The notes below the pieces were generated by a model. It saw nothing but the letters and a program-made list of their open reading frames with translations, searched no databases and was not told the origin of the DNA. A stretch of 64,000 nt of DNA. Source: Macrostomum hystrix. Lineage: Eukaryota; Animalia; Platyhelminthes. This document shows, piece by piece, positions 14,818 to 27,154 of this stretch. Numbering within the stretch: position 1 is the first letter of the stretch; the number at the start of each line of letters is the position of its first letter. The stretch lies in contig CATNEN010000033.1 of NCBI GenBank assembly GCA_950097015.1, forward strand, positions 1,674,001 through 1,738,000, written 5' to 3'. The position numbers were made by a program, and so were the translations under genes.

Positions 14818-15931
14818 ACATATAAGAATTAAACCAACTTTAGCAAAGCCGCAGCCTAATACAAAAAAACTTAGTTTAAAATTTTTCCGTAGTTAAGGAG
14901 CCGCGTATCATATATCTACAAGTAATCTGCTCGTGACGCGACTTTCACACCCTTCTGCTCTGCCCCCTTGTTTTCTGCACTTTACACTGTTGGCCGTAAA
15001 GACGGTCTCTTGACTGTCTTGGGATCACCGTCTGCTTAACCATGATAAATCTATCTCGGGTCTCTCATTGTCCCCGGTCCCGGCCCCGGCCATGAGGCTA
15101 GACCTACCCATGAGGTGTCAGGACTTGCTGACACCCTGGTACCCATGTGAAATTCTGTGTCGAGTGGCTTTGGTCCCGGCACCGAACTGGCTTTGAGTCG
15201 GCATTTGCGCCGGCACTGTTTATTCTCGATCTATCCGGGCCCAGATGCCTTCTAGCAACTTCGGTTGCAGCCAATTGTGCTTCCCAGTAAGGTCCTGCCT
15301 GCTTCCCTGTAAGCTGGCCTCAACCAGGGGCCCAATCTACCCACGGGCACATTCTAGCGTTGCAGCTACCTGCCTACCGGTTGCGGACTGGTTCCCGGGG
15401 TGGTTTGGACCCTGAAATAGGCGCTCCTGGGCACCCAATCTAACGTGTCCAATCTTAATTGTAAGAGCGCTTCCCGGGGTCTGCCCCACAGGCTGCCATG
15501 AGTGTCTATGGCCCTGGGAGAACGTATAGCAGTCCTGATGGTCCGTGGGTCCCGAAGTAGCCGCTCCAATTCTTGAAAATCTATGTAGGCGTGTTGACTT
15601 GAGACGGCTCTGGGGGCTGGGCGTCCTGGGGTGGTCCTGAGACTGTAGATTCCTATTTTTGAAGCGGTGTCCTAATTCCTAACCATAGTGGCTTCGCAGT
15701 ACCTAGGCTGGGAGACCTTAACCCTTCAGCCGTTCCTTCCTAGCCTTGTCTATTTGCCATCCAAGGCGGGCACATATAAGAGTTATATCAACTTTAACGT
15801 AGCCGCAGCCTAATACAAAAAAACTTTGTTTAATTTTTTTCCTTAAGGAGGAGGATAAGGAGCCGCGTATCCTATATCTACCAGTAATCTGCTCTCGTCG
15901 TGACTTTCTCACCCTTCTGTTCTGCCCCTTG
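14818..15931. mobile_element. Decayed element bounded by ~150-bp diverged direct repeats
   Basis: 14818-~14970 resembles 15772-~15931 (AGCCGCAGCCTAATACAAAAAAACTT...AAGGAGCCGCGTATC...CCCTTCTG); GC-richer ~800-bp interior without a recognisable domain. Confidence 0.45.
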
Positions 15932-16355
15932 AAGCCCGCAGCAGATATAAAGCTGCTATGGCTGCCAATCCATTAGTTTTAGAAGGTCAGTGAGGATGTG
16001 ATGAGGATGGACAGAAATTTCAATTAAGCGCAGCACACCCACCGTTAAGGGATGATAACTCAACAGGCAGCTGGATAGAGTCCAGGCTTTGGATACTTTT
16101 ATCCAATTAAGTTATAAAAATTTGTCAATGCCTGTTTATGTCACTGTTGCTAGGACAAAATTAATTCAAACAATAAGCACTTAAGGATGGTTGCTTGGTT
16201 GCTAAGCATAAAGTTAATTAGTAATATAATATAGATCTGATACAGAGGTTGTGATTGTTGATTTTCATGGTTCATTTCTCATCGGCGCTAATCAGACGTT
16301 CGTTTTGTCACGTGACCTCGACTCGGAGGGGCGGACTTCTCAAAGCTCTCCCGCC

Positions 16356-17360
16356 TCAGCTGACCAGGGCAAAGAACTGCCGCATTTCATCCTCCGTCAT
16401 GCTGGCGTTGGCGATGCCCAGAGCTCTCAGCGTGCCCTCGAACAGCACGGAGGGCACACGCCTGCCAAAGTACAGGCAAAATTTGCCGAGCGGCGTATCA
16501 GGGATCTCCGAGTCCTGCACAATGGTAGCTGGCGGCAGAATGGAATTGTTATAAAATAGTCCCCAATAGTTGGCCCCAGGATCGGTGGTGAAGCCCAGGT
16601 TAAACCACTGGTCGGGGTTGCTGGGCAGCTGATTGGTGGCGGTGAAGTAGTGCTTGGTGGTGTAGTTGCTGCCGATGCCATTCAAGCGAACAAACGCCCT
16701 TCGGGGCGAGTCGTACTCGAAGATCTGGATGTAGGTGGATGGCGGCGCATTGAAATGAGCGCAGTCGGTGAACTCGAGCAGCGGCTGCACCTTCGGCTTG
16801 CGCTTCAGCCGGAGAAGCCAAGTGATGCCTCCGGCGAAGGTCATGTCGCTCTTGTTCAGGCCCAAGTAGGCGCTGGTGCCGTCGAAGCGCGCGCCCTCGC
16901 TGGTCCAGGCCACGTTAACCGGATAGAACCGGTTCGTGTCGCGGTCCGGCTGACAGACCAGATTCTCCAGCGAGCTGCGACCGTCCGAGAGCCACATGCT
17001 GCTGAGCTTGGCGCTCACCAGCTTCAGGATCGACTGGGAAGTGAAGGAACTGATGACAGCCGACTCCGGTGGAGCTCGGCAAAGAGTTGGACGCCGCAGA
17101 CCAACTGTGACAGACGGCCTGATAGAGGAACACTGAACAGGTGCGAGACTGCTCACGGAACTGGGCTATCAGCGGGCCGGCGTTCAGCAGCTCGGCGGCG
17201 GTGACTGCGCAGTGCCGCTCCGACCAGGCAGGCGATGAGCTGATGGCGCTAGCCTCCGGTAGGCAGCCGACAGCAGCCTGCCATCGCCAGGACGTCTGCA
17301 GAGCCGACCAGACAGCCGCTGGCAGTAGGGAGGCGCCGATCAGACACCACAGCTGCTGAG
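16356..17360 (-). CDS. Probable secreted protein with C-terminal concanavalin A-like/LamG jelly-roll domain
   Basis: Exons 17360-17157 and 17104-16356 (52-nt GT-AG intron, phase 1). Hydrophobic WCLIGASLLPAAVWS; LamG_3-like pattern ARFDGTSAYL...WFNLGFTTD...FEGTLRALGIANASMTEDEMRQ. 5' end unresolved (possible exon ending at 17451). Confidence 0.55.
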
Positions 17361-18321
17361 CTGCTTGGGTATTGAGCAATCCATTACCGTTAAATAAAGC
17401 GAAGCTGCACAAAATGCATGAGTTCAGTTAAGCATAATTTCAGCACTCACCTATTGTCCATCCGAAACGTTGAATTCCGATGCACAAGATTGCTTGCGGA
17501 TGCAAGTTTGCACTCTGCAGTGGACTCTTGAAAATATAAAAAACATTTTCTACGCGAGCCAGTTTTATCCAGAGAAGCTTCCGCTGCAGAACAGGCTGCA
17601 AATGCCAGCAGCCAATGATAAGCCAGAGCATGCTCATTCGTCTATGAGAGGCTCGCAGGGGGTTGATGATGGCTACAGTTAGCCAATTGGCCACTACACT
17701 AATTTCCATGATCAGCAATAAAAGTTTCTTTACAAAATCGATCGAAGAAAAGCTTTTTTATGGCGCTCGTCTTGTGCCCCTGACTTCTTTCATTTTTCAT
17801 ATTTATTTTTCATATTTATTTTTCATATTTATTTTTCATTAGTAGAGTTTTCATATTCATTATTATAGTGTAAGACAAAATGCATCAGAGTCCAGCGGGC
17901 AGTCGTGAATTTCGTGTTATGCTTGGCAAATCAGCTGTAGTTGCTACTCACAGTAATAAGTAGTGCATGGGAAGTCAGCAATGGCGCGAGATATTTTATG
18001 TCAATTTGATCGTTAAGCTTTACAACCCGCAGACTTCCAATTCAGACTCACCTTTAATTGGCAACTCAGCGCCGGGCAATGCGCAATTGCTAATTAAGAG
18101 TGAATACAAAGCCATGAATTCCACTATGAGGGACGATTGCGGGTGAGCTGGCAATGAGCAGGCACAGTGAAATCTGATAAAGCCATAAACAACAAATTAA
18201 GGGCAATAAAGCTGGTTAAGCGAATTACACCCCACCGAAACGGACTAACGACACAGCTTATAAGACAATGCAGCAGATGACAGGACACAAACGCACACGC
18301 TCTAATACCGACTGGATTATT

Positions 18322-18657
18322 ATGGACTTGAAAGGCGAAAGCAGCAGCAGCGGCGGCAGCGGCCTGACATTCACCACCGCCCACCCGCAGGTGGACATGC
18401 CCGTCAGCGGACACGCAGCTGTGGACCTTCGACAGCTGCCAGGATTCTCATTCGTGCAGCGACAGTCGGCGGTTGGCGACCTCCAGCTGCTGGATGTCGA
18501 CGAGCTAGCTGGCGAATCCCTGACCATCTCCAGCCTAGTCAGGAAGCGCCGAGTGCCGCCCGGGTCCGAGGTGTTCCAGAAGTCCATGGGCGAGAACCGC
18601 TGGAGCTACAACGGGCAGTACTACTACAAGGATGATACCGAGGCGAGCAAATACTGT

Positions 18658-18714
<57 letters not shown>
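18322..18714 (+). CDS. Hypothetical intronless protein ending in a poly-Gln tract
   Basis: GC3-rich ORF MDLKGES...RWSYNGQYYYKDDTEASKYCE(Q)n; in-frame upstream ATG at 18268; no domain recognised. Confidence 0.4.
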
Positions 18715-18727
18715 CAGCAGCAGTAGC
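18659..18727 (+). repeat. (CAG)n microsatellite
   Basis: Pure CAG run, then TAG interruptions. Confidence 0.95.
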
Positions 18728-19412
18728 AAGAGGCTGCTGACTGACTGAAAAATTATCAAGCAATCGATTTCGTTTTTCTTCAAACAAAAAAGCTGTACTC
18801 AATTGGACGCTCGTGTCGAAAAGCGATTTTGAAGAAGTTAATTTTTCTGATTATACCTTCCTTAATGTAAATCAGGCCTCCGAAATTCTATTAATAGAAT
18901 TTCAAACCCTTCAAGAGTCGTGAAAGTTTCCAACACCGGAAACCATTCGTGTTTAAGGCTTGTCCATTCGCTCTGCAAAAAACATTCCAGTGTACACAAG
19001 TCCTCTGATTGGATATGCGTCTCTTGCGGGTGAACTACGAAAATTGAGTATGTACTTAGTAGTTATATGTTCTTACTATATACTATGTACTCGTACTTAG
19101 AAAATTGGGTATGTATTTACTCACATCGTTTAATTTATTTCAATAACCTCTATATGTACCATTTGCTTAAAACTTTCCCATCGAAATTGAACTCCCCAGT
19201 GTATTATTCCCTCAAATTCCCTCGAAGAACTACACGAGCAGCAGCAGCAGCAGTAATCGACCCAGATTTTACTCCGCTCTCGCACAGATTCCTTGACTTT
19301 CTCAGTCAGGCAGTGTCCGTCACTGACCACTGTCCGTCAATTAAAATGTCAGCCACCATTATTTATTAAGATTAGAGCCCCGACCAGTTGCTTTCTGGCC
19401 GGAGCTATGCGG

Positions 19413-19688
19413 CTTTCTGATTGGCCAATATCCAAGCCTGTACTTTATAGTCGTAAGAAACACGCTGCTTTCTGATTGGCCAATATCCAAGCCTGTACTT
19501 TATAGTCGTAAGAAACACGCTGCTTTCTGATTGGCCAATATCCAAGCCTGTACTTTATAGTCGTAAGAAACACGCTGCTTTCTGATTGGCCAATATCCAA
19601 GCCTGTACTTTATAGTCGTAAGAAACACGCTGCTTTCTGATTGGCCAATATCCAAGCCTGTACTGTGTGGTCGTAAAAACACGCTGCC
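19413..19688. repeat. 55-bp tandem repeat x5, each with CTGATTGGCCAAT
   Basis: Period 55 (19413, 19468, ...). Confidence 0.92.
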
Positions 19689-19868
19689 TGTACTGTGTGG
19701 GCGTAAGAGATATGCTTCCGCCTTTGAACATAATGTTTAAATTTAAACTGTTTATATATTATTTTATTTCTAAGCTTTATATTTAATCTTTCGAAAATAA
19801 ACTAAAAAAGCTTCAAAAATTATCTTAAGATCTTCGGTTGCGCTACTGGCTGCACAAGATGAGATCTC

Positions 19869-21392
19869 CTAGGTGAGGAATGCGGCGATGGTCGCCAGGA
19901 TGCCGGCGCCGCACCTTGGGCACCGACGTCGATCGGCGAGGCCCGCGCAGGCGGAGCAGAGGGCCAGGTGGCTGCAGGGCAGGCAGACACGGTTCACCTG
20001 TCTTGTTAGACAAGCCTGGCAGCTACTGGAGTCCTCTGTGTGCGGGTAGTCAACGGCTGCTTCACCCTGAGCTACCCTGGCTGCTTCTGCCTGCCCACAA
20101 ACTGACTGGGCCGGATCATCTGGCCGCCTGCAATTCGTGGCAGGCAAACTTTTCTTCAGGATTTCTTGAAAAATTGACCCCAAGCTGACAAGAAAATTAT
20201 CGACAAAAAATCTTAAGTTATCTACTAGAAAATTGTTCAATTATCGATTAGAAAGTCTTTTAGTTATTGATTATAAAATCTAATAATTATCGACCAGAAA
20301 ATCGCTAGGAATCCGGCCAAAAGCCACGCACCGTCCAGTCGGGTCATTGTTCTGCACCAGCTGGCGCATGGCTTGCACAGCCTCAGGCACGAGCTCCCAA
20401 CGCAGACTGTGCCACCTGCTGACACGGCCCTCGTTCGGGCTCTCCGGCAGGTAGTGGTGCACGCAGTCAATTATCGACCCGGATCGATAGAACAACTGGT
20501 TAATCAGCGATGGAGCCGACTGCAGCCCACCGTCAGCTTTCGCGCCAGCAGTGCAGTGAGCCAAGGCTGCCAGGAGCAGGTCGCCTCCGTCGTAGCCGAA
20601 GCTCTCAGCCAGCCGGGCCGCCAGCGAGTCCAGCTGCTGCAGAATTTTGGTAATAATTCTGAAAAAATGCTCCTCAGCAGCTGCTTCTGCTGATTTGCGC
20701 AACGGGCTCTCTGCGGATTGGCGGGATTTGCGATGCCACTGGACTAGACTGATTGCGATCGGAGGTTAGAGAATCTGAGGGGATCGGAGAGGATCAGAGG
20801 GGATCAGAAGGGATCGGAGGGGATCAAAATGGATCGGAGGGGATCGGAGGGGATCGGAGGGGAACGGAAGGGATCCGAGGGGATCGGAAGGGATCGGAGG
20901 GGATCAGAAGGGATCGGAGGGATCGGAAGGGATTGGAAGGGATCGGAGGGATCGGAGGGGATCGGAGGGAACGGAAGGGATCCGAGGGGATCGGATGGGA
21001 TCGGAAGGGATCAGAGGGATCGGAAGGGATCGGAGGGGAGGAGATGGGAGGGGAGGATATCGGAGGGGAGGAGATAGGTGGGGGAGAAGGGGAGAATCAC
21101 CTGACACAGACTCCTGGCGGCAGCAGCCGAAGCAGCCGAGCCACCGGGCAGGCATCGGAGCAGCAGGGAGCGCCCCCGCCGCAGCAGAAGCAGTACAGCT
21201 GGGGGTCCTTGGCGGTTCCGTTGGACAGCGGTGACATGGGAGGAACTGCGCCACTACTGACTAGGATCTCGCGCTGCTTCTGTCGGTCGCCGCAGCAGTC
21301 CTCAGAACGGATGTTAGCTAACAGAACTAGCCGGTCTTTGTAGGCGGCGAAGTGCGGATGGCGGCTGAAGACCACGGCTAGGCAGGAATTCG
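19869..21392 (-). CDS. Divergent IAP-like protein (degenerate BIR, UBA-like segment, C-terminal RING)
   Basis: Exons 21392-21101, 20748-20332 and 20127-19869, joined at phase 2/2. BIR-like HPHF..YKDRL...LVSSG...DPQLYCFCCGGG...PGVC; UBA-like ARLAESFGY; IAP-type RING CQAC-x11-CSHLALCSAC...CPRC...AAFLT*. ATG exon not certain (candidate 25606-25483, phase 1). Confidence 0.7.
20770..21070. repeat. Imperfect 9-10-bp GGGATCGGA repeat in IAP-like intron
   Basis: Repeated GGGATCGGA(G/A). Confidence 0.85.
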
Positions 21393-22134
21393 CTGTGCAG
21401 CAGCGTTTGTGACGTTACAGATTCGTACAGAACATTTTTTACAGCGATATTTTAGTAAATTAAGTGTCTGTGGACCGGCACATTTCTAACGCCCACATTT
21501 CATTTTTTTCTGTAGCTCCCAAAATATTCAACCAATCGGTATGAAAGTTTGCAGAACACGGGCTAAAATCTTCCGCTCTCTCCGGTGAAACAACTCCAAG
21601 AATCACAAAACACCGGCATCGTCGAGAATTTCAACCGTTCTCGTCGGGGTGTCTGGTGGCAAAAACGTAAATTTCACACAACAATTCATAATGTAACCAT
21701 GTCGGCTATTGTTCTTGATTATGTTGTATCGATTATATTGATTATTTTTTATTATCGAACCAATATGGATTCGCCATAGAGTTTTACACAGATCAATGTT
21801 AGTCGTCCTTGTCGCCAGGGTCTTCGACAAGAATTGCACAATAATGAAAAGTTCTTCGATAAGACTGCTCTGGTCAAATCTTCTGTTCTCATTCTTTATT
21901 GCTATCCAAGACTATAGTTGCTTTCTCTATTCTAATTCAGTACCACCGCCAAAAATGTGTTTTAGCCCTGTAACACAGAGCTACTCTAAACGTTGAGTAA
22001 CAATTAATTTGCGAGCTTCGCTCTAATACAGCCAGTTTATCGCGTCCAAGACAGTGTACAGCTGTATAAATTATATCTCTACCCCCCCGACCACAGTACA
22101 GTCTCTGAACCTGGAACTAAAGGAAAGAGAGTGA

Positions 22135-25100
22135 ACATATACTTGTACTAAATGGAATAAACTGAAGCTTGTGAACATGTACTTGTACTGAATGGAATAA
22201 ACTGAAGCTTGTGAACATGTGCTTGTACTGAATGGAATAAACTGAAGCTTGTGAACATGTACTTGTACTGAATGGAATAAACTGAAGCTTGTGAACATGT
22301 ACTTGTACTGAATGGAATGAACTGAAGCTTGTGAACATGTGCTTGTACTGAATGGAATAAACTGAAGCTTGTGAACATGTACTTGTACTGAATGGAATAA
22401 ACTGAAGCTTCTGAACATGTGCTTGTACTAAATGGAATAAACTGAAGCTTGTGAACATGTACTTGTACTGAATGGAATAAACTGAAGCTTGTGAACATGT
22501 ACTTGTACTGACTGGAATAAACTGAAGCTTGTGAACATGTACTTGTACTGAATGGAATAAACTGAAGCTTGTGAACATGTACTTGTACTGAATGGAACAA
22601 ACTGAAGCTTGTGAACATGTGCTTGTACTAAATGGAATAAACTGAAGCTTGTGAACATGTGCTTGTACTGAATGGAATAAACTGAAGCTTGTGAACATGT
22701 ACTTGTACTAAATGGAATAAACTGAAGCTTGTGAACATGTACTTGTACTGACTGGAATAAACTGAAGCTTGTGAACATGTACTTGTACTGACTGGAATAA
22801 ACTGAAGCTTGTGAACATGTGCTTGTACTGAATGGAATAAACTGAAGCTTGTGAACATGTACTTGTACTGAATGGAATAAACTGAAGCTTGTGAACATGT
22901 ACTTGTACTAAATGGAATAAACTGAAGCTTGTGAACATGTACTTGTACTGAATGGAATAAACTGAAGCTTGTGAACATGTACTTGTACTAAATGGAATAA
23001 ACTAAAGCTTGTGAACATGTGCTTGTACTGAATGGAATAAACTGAAGCTTGTGAACATGTGCTTGTACTGAATGGAATAAACTGAAGCTTGTGAACACGT
23101 GCTTGTACTGAATGGAATAAACTGAAGCTTGTGAACATGTACTTGTACTAAATGGAATAAACTGAAGCTTGTGAACATGTACTTGTACTAAATGGAATTA
23201 ACTGAAGCTTGTGAACATGTACTTGTACTGACTGGAATAAACTGAAGCTTGTGAACATGTGCTTGTACTGAATGGAATAAACTGAAGCTTGTGAACATGT
23301 ACTTGTACTGAATGGAATTAACTGAAGCTTGTGAACATGTACTTGTACTGAATGGAATAAACTGAAGCTTGTGAACATGTACTTGTACTGAATGGAATAA
23401 ACTGAAGCTTGTGAACATGTACTTGTACTGAATGGAGTTAACTGAAGCTTGTGAACATGTACTTGTACTGAATGGAATAAACTGAAGCTTGTGAACATGT
23501 ACTTGTACTGAATGGAATAAACTGAAGCTTGTGAACATGTACTTGTACTGACTGGAATATACTGAAGCTTGTGAACATGTACTTGTACTGAATGGAATGA
23601 ACTGAAGCTTGTGAACATGTGCTTGTACTGAATGGAATAAACTGAAGCTTGTGAACATGTACTTGTACTGAATGGAATAAACTGAAGCTTCTGAACATGT
23701 GCTTGTACTAAATGGAATAAACTGAAGCTTGTGAACATGTACTTGTACTGAATGGAATAAACTGAAGCTTGTGAACATGTACTTGTACTGAATGGAATAA
23801 ACTGAAGCTTGTGAACATGTACTTGTACTGACTGGAATATACTGAAGCTTGTGAACATGTACTTGTACTGAATGGAATTAACTGAAGCTTCTGAACATGT
23901 GCTTGTACTAAATGGAATAAACTGAAGCTTGTGAACATGTACTTGTACTGAATGGAATAAACTGAAGCTTGTGAACATGTACTTGTACTGAATGGAATTA
24001 ACTGAAGCTTGTGAACATGTACTTGTACTGACTGGAATATACTGAAGCTTGTGAACATGTACTTGTACTGAATGGAATGAACTGAAGCTTGTGAACATGT
24101 GCTTGTACTGAATGGAATAAACTGAAGCTTGTGAACATGTACTTGTACTGAATGGAATAAACTGAAGCTTCTGAACATGTGCTTGTACTAAATGGAATAA
24201 ACTGAAGCTTGTGAACATGTACTTGTACTGAATGGAATAAACTGAAGCTTGTGAACATGTACTTGTACTGAATGGAATAAACTGAAGCTTGTGAACATGT
24301 ACTTGTACTGAATGGAATAAACTGAAGCTTGTGAACATGTACTTGTACTGAATGGAACAAACTGAAGCTTGTGAACATGTGCTTGTACTAAATGGAATAA
24401 ACTGAAGCTTGTGAACATGTGCTTGTACTGAATGGAATAAACTGAAGCTTGTGAACATGTACTTGTACTAAATGGAATAAACTGAAGCTTGTGAACATGT
24501 ACTTGTACTGAATGGAATAAACTGAAGCTTGTGAACATGTACTTGTACTGAATGGAATAAACTGAAGCTTGTGAACATGTGCTTGTACTGAATGGAATAA
24601 ACTGAAGCTTGTGAACATGTACTTGTACTGAATGGAATAAACTGAAGCTTGTGAACATGTACTTGTACTAAATGGAATAAACTGAAGCTTGTGAACATGT
24701 ACTTGTACTGAATGGAATAAACTGAAGCTTGTGAACATGTACTTGTACTAAATGGAATAAACTAAAGCTTGTGAACATGTGCTTGTACTGAATGGAATAA
24801 ACTGAAGCTTGTGAACATGTGCTTGTACTGAATGGAATAAACTGAAGCTTGTGAACACGTGCTTGTACTGAATGGAATAAACTGAAGCTTGTGAACATGT
24901 ACTTGTACTAAATGGAATAAACTGAAGCTTGTGAACATGTACTTGTACTAAATGGAATTAACTGAAGCTTGTGAACATGTACTTGTACTGACTGGAATAA
25001 ACTGAAGCTTGTGAACATGTGCTTGTACTGAATGGAATAAACTGAAGCTTGTGAACATGTACTTGTACTGAATGGAATTAACTGAAGCTTGTGAACATGT

Positions 25101-25375
25101 ACTTGTACTGAATGGAATAAACTGAAGCTTGTGAACATGTACTTGTACTGAATGGAATAAACTGAAGCTTGTGAACATGTACTTGTACTGACTGGAAGTA
25201 AACTGAAGCTTGTGAACATGTACTTGTACTGAATGGAATAAACTGAAGCTTGTGAACATGTGCTTGTACTGAATGGAATAAACTGAAGCTTGTGAACATG
25301 TACTTGTACTGACTGGAATATACTGAAGCTTGTGAACATGTACTTGTACTGACTGGAATAAACTGAAGCATGTAA
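22135..25375. repeat. 40-bp satellite, ~81 copies
   Basis: Unit ACTGAAGCTTGTGAACATGTACTTGTACTGAATGGAATAA (HindIII site in nearly every unit). Confidence 0.98.
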
Positions 25376-26034
25376 GCACTTGTTTCTAGCAGTTAAAAAC
25401 TGAGAACATGACTTTGGACCGAATGGAATGTTCAGAACTGTATTTTACATCAAGCGGTGTAGAGAATAGTCTAGAGACATACCAATGATGTAAAGCGGCA
25501 ACGATTGACATATCCGGGGCTTTGAGGATAAACTGATGAGCTGCAATCCGATCGGCTCGCCAAACACTTCAATCACCAGTCGATCCGCATTCCAAGGCTG
25601 GGACATGCTGTCTTGCCAGGCTCAGCTGATACTTCTAGTGTATCAGACAGATTGCGAACACTGAGACTTTCCGAGCTCACCTGGAGTATAGCTGAGCTAT
25701 TTTTATACCTGATGTCCTCGTTTACTTTGAGACTCATGTTGGCTCATTGGCTGTCGACTATATGCACAGAATTCTGATATGAATTCTGATACTCCATACG
25801 AAGAAAAGCACTGATCGCATTCGACATCAACAAAGTATTAATTTTAAGCTTTTAAATTTATCATTCAAATCTCTATATTTAGCTGCAGATTGTGCCTGTC
25901 TGTGACAGTCCGTGACTTAATCTAAAAAATAACGATTATAAACTGCCATTTAAAAACACAGCAAAATTTGCAATCAGAAACTTTTTTTGATTTCCTATTT
26001 CCAATGCACGGTCTTACCATTCAAAAGTTAAATA

Positions 26035-26475
26035 TATGTACAGTCATGCACAGAAATGTATAGACATGCACAGAACTGTACAGACATGCACAGAAATGTA
26101 CAGTCATGCACAGAAATGTATAGACATGCACAGAAATGTACAGACATGCACAGAAATGTACAGTCATGCACAGAAATGTATAGACATGCACAGAAATGTA
26201 CAGACATGCACAGAAATTTACAGTCATGCACAGAAATGTACAGACATGCACAGAAATATGCTGAAATGCACAGAAATGTACAGTCATGCACAGAAATGTA
26301 CAGTCATGCACAGAAATATGCTGAAATGCACAGAAATGTACAGTCATGCACAGAAATGTACAGTCATGCACAGAAATATGCTGAAATGTACAGAAATGTA
26401 CATATTGTACAGAAATGTACAGAAATGTACAGAAATGTACAGACATGCACAGAAATATGCTGAAATGTACAGAAA
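26035..26475. repeat. 10-bp-subunit compound repeat
   Basis: CAGAAATGTA / CAGTCATGCA / TAGACATGCA / CAGAAATATG in 20- and 60-bp higher order. Confidence 0.9.
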
Positions 26476-27154
26476 AGAACAGAAATCCCACTGCATTCCT
26501 TAGAATCAATCCTATTGCGTTCCCTGGGATCCGATAGCATAAATATAGGAATCCCAAGTACCATAGGATTCTATAGAATTACAAAATATTCCTTAGAATC
26601 CCAGAATATTCCTGTAATCCCAAAATAATTCATATAATCCCAAGAGAATCCCATATTCCAAAGAACAGGAATGTTCTCAATTTCACTGGAATCCCCAATG
26701 ATTATTTTTGTTCACAAAACCGAACTTGCTTTCCAATTTCAGTAATTTAAAAACTATTTCGTAAATTAAGTGCAGAAAATGCTGTGCCTGCTACTGGAAA
26801 GCGTGAAAGAATTTTTCAAGAATGAGTTTGTGCGGGGCTATTTCCTATCAAATGCATGACCGGGTGGAAATTAAGCCGCACCGTACGCTAAATGGACGCT
26901 ATTTTTAGCATCAAGGGTTTTCCGAGCCAAAGGTGCGGGGAATCACCGGCACTCAATCTTGATAATGTGACGGAAAATTCCATTTGAATAACAACCAACG
27001 AAGACGAAGGAAAGGGAAAGCCCACTGGAAAACCACTGGCGCAAGATGGGAAAACCAGAATTGAAATTAACTAAATTAGTTATGAAACAGAAAAAGCAAA
27101 CCACTTTCAATTATGCCTCGTTAAAGTACAATAAACTTTGTGTGCTCTTTTGCG

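Noticed and set aside
18882-18903. 22-bp perfect palindrome GAAATTCTATTAATAGAATTTC
   Set aside because: Isolated, AT-rich, with no associated element or second copy
20753-21343. 196-aa + strand Gly/Glu-rich ORF
   Set aside because: First half is the GGGATCGGA repeat; second half is antisense to the BIR-like exon
22071-25379. Many long ORFs (up to 436 aa) in the satellite, and similar ORFs in other arrays (10460-12207, 26021-27683, 29748-31333, 41563-43155)
   Set aside because: Periodic translations of stop-free repeat units, open in several frames, and located in introns or intergenic DNA
25532-25566. CTGATGAG...CAAAC hammerhead-like string
   Set aside because: No GAAA after a proper stem II
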